A stretch of DNA of 64,000 nt, from NCBI GenBank assembly GCA_003344405.1, contig NOWV01000002.1, positions 744,001 through 808,000 of the forward strand. The letters run 5' to 3'. Of this stretch, positions 41,029-53,604 are shown in pieces. The position numbers were made by a program, and so were the translations under genes. The notes beneath the pieces were generated by a model that did no database searches, was not told the DNA's origin, and saw only the letters and a list, made by a program, of their open reading frames with translations. Origin of the DNA: Trichoplax sp. H2 (Eukaryota). Each line of letters begins with the position of its first letter. The first letter of the stretch is position 1.

Positions 41029-43229
41029 TTAGGATAGATTGCAAAGCGCTCAAGAACCTCAGCTTAGAGCTTTAGATGGTTCTTGATCTGTCCCGTCGAA
41101 TTTATAAATTTGGCTGTAAACGTAGTCTTGAGCTGTTGGCATAATCTGCCGGGATTATATCAATACAAGTATCACTTTAAGAAGCAAGGAAAGATTCAGG
41201 TATGTGATCGCATCGATTGCTATAATTTGACAGTTGTGTACTGTAGATAGAGACATGAATGGACCAGTATCGAACGACTAATGTCGACGCGGATAACATA
41301 GTAAACATCATCACTATTTTGAAAGAAGCTGCACTATCTTACTAGTAATACCCTTATTAAAATTCAATAATATGAATAGCTACTGTGTTACAGTTGTAAA
41401 CCTTTTACCTTGATTTCATGAGGAAGATCAGCTTAGAATGTAGGCTAAGTGATGGAAAGTATGTGTAGCCTGAACGATACTGTCAATCTAAATATAATCT
41501 TAATTGACTACTGCGCCAAAAAACGTATTGAAAGAATGAATGTTGTGATGACAGTACAGTATTTGCAAATGAAGCATCTTCCTGATGCCATAGCGAGTAA
41601 AGTTATCCAGTAAAAGCGATAGACAATAATTAGTAATACTGTACAGTGTACATGTACTGTACTATAATTTCTATCTCTATTCTCCAACAGGATAGACATA
41701 CTTAACTTTCTCTGCTTGGTTAGGCAGTTACATACTGTAATATGTACTCGTATAATCTAATCTAATTGATATATCATACTGTTAATATAATCAATTGTTT
41801 TTCTTAACAGTACTCTATTTTAGTGATGATTGATTGTAAACTTGTAATCATGGAGTACGTGATAATAGTGATCGATCTATGCAGTATACTTTTCGTTAAA
41901 ATGTTAACAAATATCACAGTAATTCTACTTACTGTACCTATCTAAATGGGAAATCAAAGTTAAACCATCGTTACTGCATGAGAATTGTACTGTAGTAACT
42001 GACTTGTAATGACCGCAAACTCGTATGTCAACATCAAATGTCTACGTACGTTGGCCATCTTAGTAGAGATGCGATCATGCATCATTTTAATCTGCTACTT
42101 TTCTAGATTAAGAACCTTATCTAATCAATCTCCTATCTCCAATTGCTTTCATGATAGAGTAATACAGAATGGCATGAATAGACTGCGCGTATCACTGCAA
42201 TGATCGTTCATTAATCTTATTATTATCATATGAAAAAATTAAACTGAAATCGACCTTTCAAATGTCCCGCCATCTAATTTAAACTCAGCTACGAATGACT
42301 GCATGCCGAGTATAAATAAGTCCACTCACTATAAATAAATAGATTATTTTTATCATTTCAATACTGTGCTGTAATGGACAGTACCGCATATTTTAGTTCT
42401 AGGTCAATGACAGTAAAACAATTTGAATAACACTAATGGCGTAACGTGAACCGAGCAAATACTGAACTATCCAAACTATAAATATTAACGTATATTCAAC
42501 TTGAAGCCTATGTTAACCTCAAATCATAGCTAAAAGACCGGGCACAAAATTTTTTTGTCTGTGCTTTACTTTTCGCTGCGTAAGTTTTTACGACGTTACA
42601 GTTATTCTAGCAATTACCGTTAGAGCCTACAGTAACGGCAAAATTGTTAGGATTTACTACGATTCTGCGTTTACATCATCTCTCAATTCGTAACAAATAC
42701 AATACTATAAATGACAAATCCTTCCATCAGCATTAGCGGATATCAGTTCTAACCGGAACATCCGCTCGCCATTCTGATATAAATATTATATGCGGTTATA
42801 ACTTTCTAGGGTAGGACATTCATTTTGTTAGCTAAAATCTTACTTAAAGCTGAAAGAATGCTAAAGGTTTGGATTACACCATTTGAAGATAATAAAAGTG
42901 AAATTCAGACACAGAAGTTTACTCAAAATAGCACTTTAACGTTTTTGCCTTTGTCATATTCCATCCAGCCTTCATGTTGTTCTATATTGTTCTTCTTAAT
43001 TACAACAACGTTGTTAGCTATAACTACTTACTTTTAGATTAATTGATTAAAATAATTAACCTCATTACGTTGATAAGCTCGCATGGTCGTATGGCATGGT
43101 CGAAATACTTTTTAACTGGTTAAATTTTTAAACTATTTCAGGTCCCATCAACTGTCTTTTGGTTATAATAAATTCTTTAACAGTAAGTTCAAAGTGACAG
43201 CATCATCGTATTAATCATTTGACGTTAAG

Positions 43230-46200
43230 ATGGCTTCGCACAGTGAACAGCATAATAAGTCGCTTGGTGACTACTTAAAAGAAGTATCTGATGGCTTGAT
43301 GACGCTTTATAACCAGAACGATGGCTCAAACCGTAATGAAGGTGATCCAACTGAGGAAATTCCACATATTGGGAATGCAAAATCCGCTTATACATCTGAT
43401 CAAACGACACAGAATAAGTCTCTTTCGCAAATTGCTGCAAACGTTTTAAGTACAGAAGAATATCAACAGCATCGTGATATTAATTTACCACAAGAAGGTA
43501 CAGACTTAACTGCCGTTGAAGCTCATGGCAATGATGGTGGTCAAGATAACGATACAAACATTCAACAAGAGCTTTACGATAACGTGGCTACATCAGGCCA
43601 TTTACTTAGTGCATCTGGTCAGGCAATGAAAGACAGCAATAGGGAAAATGAGATTTCAGACAATCATTCGGTATGATGTATACTTTCTGTAACATATTAT
43701 ATTGATAAGAATGACCTAGACAAAGAATAATAAATCTTTCTGATATTACAGAGTCAACTAGATTAACATTAGATTATCATTTGAAGGCTCCACTTTAGGA
43801 TTACTAATTAGCATTTTGCATTTTTAAATCATTGAGTATGATTTCCTTTTTTACTAAAAGTATTCTTATGTTTACCATTATTCTATCAACCAACGAACGT
43901 TACTATTTCCTGTTAGGGTAACATTTCTGGAGATGTTGCACACTTGGAAGATGTCCGCTATCAGCTGCAAAATGCTATGAAATCTGCTGAGCCCAGTAAC
44001 AGATTATTGGGGCTCGCTACGGAAAAGTTCACTGCTTCCGGAGATAACCAATTAGATGCACTACTAAACCGTGTAGGGGGTGATGGTAGAAGCATAGAAG
44101 ATGCTCAGTTTTCGATTGATCGACATGATTGGTAATTAACATTAATATGGTTGGCAAATTTAGACTGTACTGAATTAAATATTTATCGGACATTCGAATA
44201 TTCACTACATTTAATCGCAAGAATTAGCTAGTTATCATCCGTTTAGCTTTTACCGTAGTTTATATTCCTTTTTCTAAATCTATTAGTGGACTACATTTGA
44301 TTTATTTAATTTTATTAATCTCTCCTCTTTCAGGTTAAGTTCCATTGGTCTTGATTCACAGGTTCTTCATGCATCAAATGGTAATTCGAGTGAAATATTT
44401 ACGTTAAAACAGCAGTTAGAAAGCGAAGTCTATCGCAGAAAGGCAAGCGAGTATTGATAGATGTAGACTAACAAAGATTTATTTTGTTAGCGCTATTGTA
44501 ATTTTAACATTAAACTATTTTTCATCTTTAGCACTGTGAAAGTCAAATCTATTCACTTAATGCAAAGGTATGAGACTAATTTATTAAAAACATTTGACTT
44601 TGTCCATGTAGTTATAAGTATTCCAATGCTGTAATGACCTTCCATTTAATACTATTGTAGCTGTTGGAAATTCAGCAACAGTTAGCAGTTGCAAGGTCTT
44701 CGGAGCGAAAAAAGGATATGATGATTGAACAACTCGATAAAGTAAGAATACGTATCTTAAATTCTGAGAATTTAGATGCTGGTGATACATTAACGTTCTG
44801 TAACGTCTTTACTTTCTAAATTAAGTTACAATTTAAAAAATAGTCCGTAGGCAGTGTTCTTGAAAAGTGGAAATTGCGTGACGCGGAAAGAACTGAATCA
44901 ATTAAGAGATTAACCAATGAAAGAGATACCATTAGACAAGCGCACCTTCGTCAACAAGAAGTATGATCTAAAATTTTCATACGTATATTATTGTATCAGA
45001 AATCATAATTATGTCTATTCTGTTTATCCTCTATCATCAATTAAAATGTATTCATAGGTTCTCTCAAAGTTTGAGCAGGACATGGCTCAGGCTGTAGAAG
45101 CCTTTTCAAAAGAACAAAAACGAGCGAATCAAGCTGAAAAAGAGAAGCAAATACAAGTATACGCTTTTAATACCTATTCTTTGATTTGAACTCCCTTTCA
45201 CACTATAATTGTTCATTCAGGTTCAGAAGTTATTGCAGGAAAGAGAACATATCAATCAAGAAAAAGAACGTCATCGGATGTTAGAGGTTGAGCGAAATCT
45301 TATCCAACAAAATTTAGAAGCAGTATGCAATGAGAAAAGCGCTTTAGAGAAATTGCTGGAAGAGGTTAGTACGTTCTAATCGACTTGAATTTAAAAGTTT
45401 GTTGTACGCAGTGCTAAAAATCTTTCTGTATCTTAGGAGCGATTATTAAGACAAACTATGCAGCAAGATTGGTCTATTAAGGAGGATAAGTTGAAGGATG
45501 AACAACGTCAAATGTCTAAAGAAGCAAAAGTAGTGAACGAATTAACATATTTTTGACATGGCGTTAATATAGTTTATAAAACTTGTATTTATTACTAATC
45601 TCCTCACTTTAGGGTGAACTTGATAAGTACAAAGCATTATTTAAGGTATCATAATATGCATCGTATTGTTTATAATCTATTATGATCTATGAAATTGCCC
45701 AATTTATATAGTAAACCCTATTTGCAGTTTAAATCTTGCTATAATTTCTTAACGAAGAATTTATTCATATAATTAGGAAGCGGAAGTTTCTATGGAATCT
45801 GCAGATAACGAAATACATAAGTTAAAAAATGAGTTAGATACTTCGAAACGAGCTTATGTGAGTAGATGGGTTAAATATTTTGTATACAGTAGTAACTTTT
45901 ATCGTCTATTACGGTTTTTACTACTGTATGGAAAGATACAAAGTGTTCGTAAGTAATTATTGATTTTCATGCAATTAGGAGAGTTTAAAGGTAGAAATGA
46001 GTCTCATGGAAGCTGAGCATGAAACAAGCCTTAGCAAACAAAGGACAGACATTGTTTCTGAACTTGAACTACAGGTAAAGAAGTATACCGTATAAAGATA
46101 TGATAATGGTGGTACCGATCGACCCTTTAATATGCTTTAAAATGGTTGCTAGTTGTCTACTAAGTTAAAAGAAACTGAAGAAACAGCTGTAAAGAATATT

Positions 46201-49200
46201 TCTCAGCTAAGAGACAATCATAAACAGCAGGTTTTTATTTTAAAAATAATATTATGTTTAATCAACTGTACTTAATATTAATTGGCATTCAAATGTTTAT
46301 TTTTTAGATTGTAACCCTTAAAGACAAACATAAACAGGAAATAGAAGCATTAGCGTCAGAGTATTCGCAGGTTATTAAATGATCTTGACCTTGCTACTGC
46401 TTGTATATATACATTCCACTGCTACCTCTTAGTTATGTATTTACATACCAGGCAGAATACTTTGATTTCTAACAATTTTTTGTACACCTTCAGTGTGTAG
46501 TATAATTAATTAACAAGTAAATTTAATGTATATATACGGTACTAAGATCCTTGTATATATTTTGCATTCAGGAAATGACTTTAAAAGCTAATACTTTGAA
46601 AACAACTATAGATGACTATGAAGGCCGGTATGTATGCTGATATTGCGTAAATATTCGATGCCCACTAGAAATTGCTAATGCGAGAGTTTAATTGTCAAAC
46701 TGCTAGACTACAGTCATTACAGAATCGTTTAACTGAAGAAGAACAGTATCGTAATGAAAGAGAAAGGCAGCGGTAAGTCAAACTTTGTCTTCTAATTAAA
46801 GAAATGCTGCTAATATGAGATCAAATTTTAGGAATGATTTAATGCTTCGTCTTCAAACCTTAATGCAATCTCATTGTAATGAGGCTGTTAAGTTAATTGG
46901 AGATTTATTACCATCATCCATAAAGGTGCTAGCGCTTATTTATTATTTCAAACGATTGCTCACCGCTAAGGTTCCACTAACAAGTTTTATTATTTTTGGA
47001 TACAGCCATTAGTGGTTGATGAAAAGATAACTTCTACCAAGGTAAATTTATTATGTAATGAGAAAATGGAAGCAGATGCTACTATATTACAACATCAACC
47101 TGTAAGCTCGTCCGACGAAAAAACATATGATCCAGTTTCTAATGAGAACCGTAATGTTAACCAAAAAAGTAACGAAGTATCTACTCAGAACGAGGTCCAA
47201 CCCATCAGTGAAAAATTAGATAATCTTGGTATTATGAATGAAAAGAGACCTTTAATAAATCCAGATTTAGGGAATCACCATCAGAATGAAAGTGTTTCCT
47301 CTGATAGCAACACTAATATTATTCGTAGCTATGGTAAGTAAGAGCAGTAACAGGTATCGATACAATACTTGTAGTCGTATGAAAATGTATTAAATTCTCA
47401 ACTAAATGTTATAGTAGTAGTAATCAAGTCAGGCATTGTGAAATACTGTAACATATCAAGAATAACACAATACTGTAAATTCGTTCTAATAAAATCAATG
47501 TCAGAACTTATACATTTATCAGATGTTCTTATCAAATGTTGAGTATTTTATATACCTGCTATTCATTGCATCAATTTTAATTGATCTAGGAAATGATCTC
47601 AGCTCAGGCTCTTATTCTAATAATTATGCAAGTTCCAAGCCAAATTTCACTAATAGCTTCAAGATATCGAATTTTAAAACAGAGAAATTGGCGGATATTA
47701 GTAGATATCTAAATACAATGCCTAGAAATTCACAAGATGTATCTGATCAGATTTCAACGAATGCCAAGCAGAATAATCAAGGAAGAGTCCTGGCAAATAG
47801 TATTAATAGTCGTAACATGACACCAACAAAACAAGCAAATACGGACTTAATTCTAAATATACTGGATACAAATGCAGCTAACGAAAATAACGTTACACGA
47901 TCGAATATTGACATGGTAGTTTAGTTATTATTGAAGAAAGTTGCGATTTCTAAGTTTGTCTTAGTTATTTTACGCAAGATTTTATAACTGAACCGTTTTA
48001 TATTAATATCATAATTTTATGTGATATTGTTAATTTTTCAGAGGCCTATTCAAATTCCCATTGAACCAGGAAATACAGAAAAATCTACAACAAATTTATC
48101 GAATTTGTACACTGCAAATATGTAAATATGACCACGCCTCACACATTACAGTATTTTGGTATAACAACATCTCAACGTTGATACTTACATTCATTTTATT
48201 TTTGATTAACTTTATAAAGAAATGCTGGTCAGATAAATGCCGAAAATATAGACGATTTACGGCAAAATGAACTGCAACACTATGTTGAAATGGTAATCGA
48301 TCTACCAATTAGCTTACTATATTTCTTAATGAATATATATAACGTTAAGATTTTACAATAGTTACTAAAGCATAGAATTGGTTATTTAATCGGTTACAGC
48401 TACTTCAAAAACCACCTGGTCAACCACTAGAGACGGTAATGTCTTAAATGCTTCTAATTATTTATAAAATAAGTTGCTTGCTTGTTTTAATCCTAATTTT
48501 ATAACTATTAAGGATATGTTGACAAACAAAATTGGTGATAGCGATCAAATTGGACTTCCCTCCGGATTGATCGCTATTCCGAAATCTACTGATGGTATTG
48601 ATCGATAAATGTGTCTAATGTTTCTAAGACATTATCTTTACTGATAGATTTTTTGTTAAATTAATAGACTATGTAGCAAATTTAAATGAAAACAAGAATG
48701 AATCATTTCATTCTTCAGCTTTTCAACATGTACCTTCTGGTTATGCCGGATCGATTGCGGCGACGTCACAAGGTATGATGTTGTACTGTGGTATACGGTT
48801 GTACCCAAGGAATCTTGATAGATGGAGTGCTGCCATCTTACCTTTTGATTTTATAATTATGTAGTATCGCCTTTGCTGATTTAACGATTTTTCTTAAATA
48901 CATGCAGCTATGAAAGGACAAAATAGGGCAGTATCAGTACAAGATCAATCCTCAAATATGGAATCTAGCAGTACTGCTATAAACACAGACTCTAAGTACT
49001 TATCAAATCTAGTTAATATTTATCGAAATATGTCTAATAATCCAAACCAGAAGCATCTATCGTTTGACAACGAAGCCAACTCAGTAAATATGCAGCCAAC
49101 GTACTTGAGGTATTGCATTTGGAAGGAGTAGACTTCGTGTAATATCCAGTTAAAATTTTCGTTTTGGATATGCGTTGACTTAATTTTGATCTTGTATTTT

Positions 49201-49777
49201 ATAGCAGTGCATTACTATTGGTTATGTTATTACAATATTTTCTTATTACGGCTAAAATTTTAATTTTAAAGTGAAACTTTGGGGGGTTATGAGCAGCAAG
49301 ATTCCAGCTTGAACTTTCGCACCTTTCAACATCCGAGCAATTTCCAGCCAGATCATCAAATGGAAGAATTGCAGCCACTAAGTGATATATCTATACAATA
49401 TCCGAAAGGAAATGAAAGGAATTATCCTAGGACCCAAGACACTACTTCAAGACACCAACAGGTAACCTAGCTAAGTAGCTATAATGAATTCGGTCATCAA
49501 GTTTCCCTTTTTCTGAGCATTATTTTGTAAACTGCTTTATTTGAAAAAGCCGTCTGATAACATTAAGGCAGCGGTTGGATTTAATCCGATTTCGCCACCT
49601 GAGCGAAAGCGGCCATATAAGCAACATCAAAGTAAGCAAGCTAATACAAGTGGGCGAGAGACTAATATTGTTCACACACGGTCGTCTGCGTCTAAAGTGA
49701 GTCAACGCTCCATAAAAACGGATAAAAAAGCTTCTGGTGTGGCGAGCCGATCAAATAAAAGTACAGCATGGCGTTGA
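43230..49777 (+). CDS. CNTROB: Centrobin (daughter-centriole protein), multi-exon
   Basis: First exons are 43230-43670, 43917-44131, 44334-44442, 44532-44567, 44661-44741 and 44844-44960, followed by many short exons to the stop at 49777. Centrobin-like motifs: LEDVRYQLQNAM, RRK|HCESQIYSLNAK|LLEIQQQLAVARSSERKKDMMIEQLDK, LRLQTLMQSHCNEAVKLI, ELQHYVEMLLQKPPGQP and a terminal WR. A probable upstream non-coding exon ends at CAG|GTATGT (about 41199), with an acceptor at about 43141. Confidence 0.88.
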
Positions 49778-51085
49778 ATAGCTAATATAACAGTTGACAA
49801 GTACAATTTGTGTACCCAATATTTAATAATTTATAGTACAGCATTTTTATCCAACGTCAGTAATAGCAGGTTATTAGCAAAATTTTTAAAACGTTTCATT
49901 GTCGATAACCAAGATTAATGTATGTCGTAGAAAAATAGCAAATAATGAAGTTCTAGTGTAGAGTTTAAAGGGAAATTGAGATTTGATGTTGTAGTCATAA
50001 AGCGGCAACTGTATACTGAACGATAACTTTAGCTATTTATTACCGGTATAAGAATGCCTTCATAATGTAGAGTAACTTATTCGGATATAATCATTTTATC
50101 ATTTTAAGCCATGCTGGCTATATCATAGAATATAAACCACCTTATTTGACATTAGTTAAGTATTATATTGTAATATATTTATTCATCGCTCAATGTTTAA
50201 TCGATTTCATTCCTTGTTATGGCATTGTACATACAGTATATGAGTACGTTTGTATTTTTCTATATGCTACTGTACTCTAAATCATGTATACTTGCTTGTG
50301 CCTTGATTGATGTTAGTTTTTTGCAGTTTTATCATTTCTTATAATAGCTTTTCTCTTATTCCTGTGCGATACCATAGGTTATAAAATTAAGGTTCTATTT
50401 GACGAGTTGATGTACGCGTAATAATGCAGTAATCATTGTACAGATTTAAATTTTCTTTAATTTGCCTGTCAGACTATTACTGTATCGATACCTTAGTGGA
50501 TTTGTAAATGACAATGAGTATATGTTGTATAATTGACACATATGTGACAATGGTTCCTATTAACAGTTTCGATTAATTTCTTGATGTAAATTTTAAGAGA
50601 TAAATACTGTATTCTCCTTTTTAAACATTAAAAATATACATGTACTCGTATGTTTCGACATAGCATCGTACAACTTTGGGATCGGGTATTTCTTAACTGA
50701 TTGAGTAATAATTCATTTCATGTATGCTATTGTCGTTTACAATAGCTATCACTGCAATTACACCTAAATAGTGATATCGTCTACTTAATTTTATCTATCT
50801 CTTAAACTAATGGATCCTATTTGGACAATTTTATACCATTTTATATTGGTTTTTAATAGATTGAGGTCATGAATGAATCAGTGTAGTTGAGGGTTTCTAC
50901 AGCAGAAGGTCTATCTGCTCGTAAAGTTATAGTAGGTGTTTCTATGTGTCTACTATGCATATGCATATTATGATTGCAACTTTTTTAAGGCTTATTTAGT
51001 ATAATCCAGTAATAAACAGAATTTTGTCGTACTCACAGTACGATATCAATACCAGTGTATAATTCTATTTTATTAATTAATTATA

Positions 51086-51181
51086 CTAGTCGAATACCCG
51101 TTCAAATGAACGGGTATGCATACTACGCAACACATTCCACTGAACAAAATTTAAAGCTAAAGCCAGCTAGGTTATCAGACT
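51086..51181 (-). mobile_element. Second Helitron-like 3' terminus (same family as 31059-31337); 5' end not identified
   Basis: The plus strand reads A-CTAG-TCGA-ATACCCGTTCA-AA-TGAACGGGTAT, with the same hairpin core and the same spacing to CTAG as the 31-kb copy. Patchy similarity continues through CAACAC and GTTATC(A/T)GACT. Confidence 0.65.
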
Positions 51182-51295
51182 ATGTATGAATCCCTTCTTA
51201 GTGTAAGATAGCTAGCTTACAATTTAACGGTGCAGTGTTTCGCGAATAACTTGCCATATTGTCAATTTTGGGGGAGTTTTTACTTGTGCATATCT

Positions 51296-51653
51296 AGTAC
51301 TGAACTGTACAGTACTGTACGCCATTATAATAATTTACGAAATAAGTGTTGATTTATGTAAGGTACTATAGAGTACAGTACTTAACCAAGGACTACCAGA
51401 AGAGAGAATTGATATTAAATACTGCATAAATGTCAGTACTGTAGTCCGTCTGAGTACTCAGTTCGCATGTGTTTATCATCCAGTACTATACAGTACAGTA
51501 CGCACTGTACTGTACAGTACGTACATACTACTGTACTGTACAGTACAGTACTGTAGTCCTTGAGTGTACTGTACTGTACTGTACTGTACACCGTACAGTA
51601 CATTGTACTCAAAATGACATGTCATAGTGTACAACTGTACTGTACAGTACTGC
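51296..51653. repeat. (TACAG/CTGTA)n degenerate pentamer array upstream of the SDR gene
   Basis: Dense runs such as CAGTACTATACAGTACAGTACGCACTGTACTGTACAGTAC and GTACTGTACTGTACTGTACTGTAC, densest at 51481-51653. Confidence 0.9.
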
Positions 51654-52121
51654 ACCTCAAGGAGTTTCCGAGTCATTCAGTTGTACCGCGTGCATTTCCA
51701 GCTAACACCTTGCCAAAGGTTACGAACCAAGTTCACCACCTTTGACATTTGACATTCTCCGTTAATTTCTATCATATTAATAGAACTGTATTATTATTTA
51801 CTTAATTTATGCCCGTGCATGTTGATAGACTAGTACTGATACTGCTCAGAAATAATAGTCATGCTTTCGAGGAACAATATTCTACAGGATCTTACTATAA
51901 CAATTCTAAACGTTTAAACTACGGCTCGATGAGGATAGGCTGACTAAGTGGCTACAAGCCCAGGACCACGCCTAGTACAGTCTCTGTTCGTGTGTAGTAC
52001 TGGCTCGATCAGTTTCAAGATAATATACAGTATATATAATTAATAAATACACTTATAAAATAGAATCTCTGAAATTCATCGGTTGACTTACAGGTTTGAA
52101 AAAAAGTAAAAGAATAGTGAA

Positions 52122-52886
52122 ATGGCTTTAAGAAAACGATTCGAGAATAAAGTAGTAGTTATTACTGGATCGACTGAAGGGATTGGTTTTGCTACGGCTC
52201 AAAGGATAGCTGCAGAAGGTGGCAGCGTATCCGTTAGCAGTCGACATCAGGAGAAGGTAGATAAAGCAATTCAACTATTACGAGATCAAGGCTACACCAA
52301 TACCCTGGGCAGAGTTTGCGATGTTAGTAAGGAAGACGATATTAAAGATCTTATTCAAGCAACCGTTGATAAATTTGGCGCTATTGATGTACTCGTATGC
52401 AACGCTGCAGTTGCTTTTGGCGGACCAGTCATCAAAACATCCAGTTCAGTATGGGATAAGACATTCTCAGTTAATCTTAAATCTGCTTTTACGCTTACCA
52501 AGGAGGTTTTGCCTTACTTGAAACAACGCGACGGTAGCAATATTGTATTGATATCGTCTATCTTAGGTCATAGCCCTATGCCAGTGACTGGAGTTTATAG
52601 TGTATCTAAAACGGCAATGTTTGGATTAATGTTGGCACTGACCAAAGAATTAGGCAGATATAAAATTAGAGTGAATGCTATTGCACCTGGTGTCATTGCT
52701 ACCAAAATGAGTCTAGGCCTACGTCAAGGAAGTAACGAAGATTGGGTCATGCGGGAAACGCCTTTAAGGCGATATGGTCAACCTGAAGAAATTGCCTCTG
52801 CTGTAGCTTATGTTTCATCTGATGAGGCTGCTTATGTAAATGGCAGTACAATTGTAGTTGGTGGAGGTTTAGGAAGTCGATTATAA
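52122..52886 (+). CDS. DHRS4: Peroxisomal short-chain dehydrogenase/reductase, DHRS4/DHRS2-like (intronless CDS, 254 aa)
   Basis: Rossmann motif TGSTEGIG, VSSRHQEKVD, NAAV, catalytic S...YSVSK, IRVNAIAPG and a C-terminal PTS1 (SRL). An acceptor-like TGACTTACAG just upstream (ends 52093) suggests a 5'UTR intron. AATAAA lies at 52936-52941. Confidence 0.88.
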   Translation: MALRKRFENKVVVITGSTEGIGFATAQRIAAEGGSVSVSSRHQEKVDKAIQLLRDQGYTNTLGRVCDVSKEDDIKDLIQATVDKFGAIDVLVCNAAVAFGGPVIKTSSSVWDKTFSVNLKSAFTLTKEVLPYLKQRDGSNIVLISSILGHSPMPVTGVYSVSKTAMFGLMLALTKELGRYKIRVNAIAPGVIATKMSLGLRQGSNEDWVMRETPLRRYGQPEEIASAVAYVSSDEAAYVNGSTIVVGGGLGSRL

Positions 52887-53604
52887 CTTTATACGCTAAA
52901 CGATCATTATGATACGGTACAAAAATCACTAACTAAATAAACAAGTTTTAAATTACTTAGATATCCTATCCAACTACTGTACTGTAATACGCAGTATCGA
53001 ACAGTCCATTTGACATGAAGTAGTACGCAAGCTTTTATTAGATTATCTAACATGTTCTATCGTCCTCTACGAGATATTTGATCTCTATAAAAATTTAGAA
53101 TGGCTTGTTATGGTGCATCTCAAAGCAATAGAACTAGCGATACAGTTTTTACTTCTTCTAGCTTCGTAAAATAGCAAAATCCCTTTTTTATCACATATCT
53201 ACTCCAACTGATATTAGCGAGCTTAGTTTCAAATTAATTAAAACGTTACTTTCCAAAGATAGTATCACTGATATGTTCTATATCTTTTTTTATAAACATC
53301 AAGCTGTTGATATTAAAAACGATAATACAGTGGTCGATTATAATTATGTAATAGCTTATCAATAGCTATAATTTATTACTTTTAATTTACGATTCGCAAA
53401 TCTATAAAATTCGTAACTAAAATAATCTTTTAATCCAATATAGAAGCGCATTCTTATAAAAGTCTTATAATAGAAAAGTCAATATTGTATCGTGTTCCAA
53501 ATCAGAGTATGTACATGTCGATTTTTTGAGCCTCTATTATTATTAAATAGCAAAAATTGATACGAGAAGTAGTGAATATACTTATTAATTAGCTGTTAAT
53601 CTGT

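Noticed and set aside
51476..51745. ORFs rich in Y/C/T/V/Q/S (also those at 59164-60081)
   Set aside because: They are translations of the TACAG pentamer arrays, which lack stop codons.
51811..51834. GCCCGTGC...CTAGT as another Helitron 3' end
   Set aside because: Only one arm of the hairpin is present.
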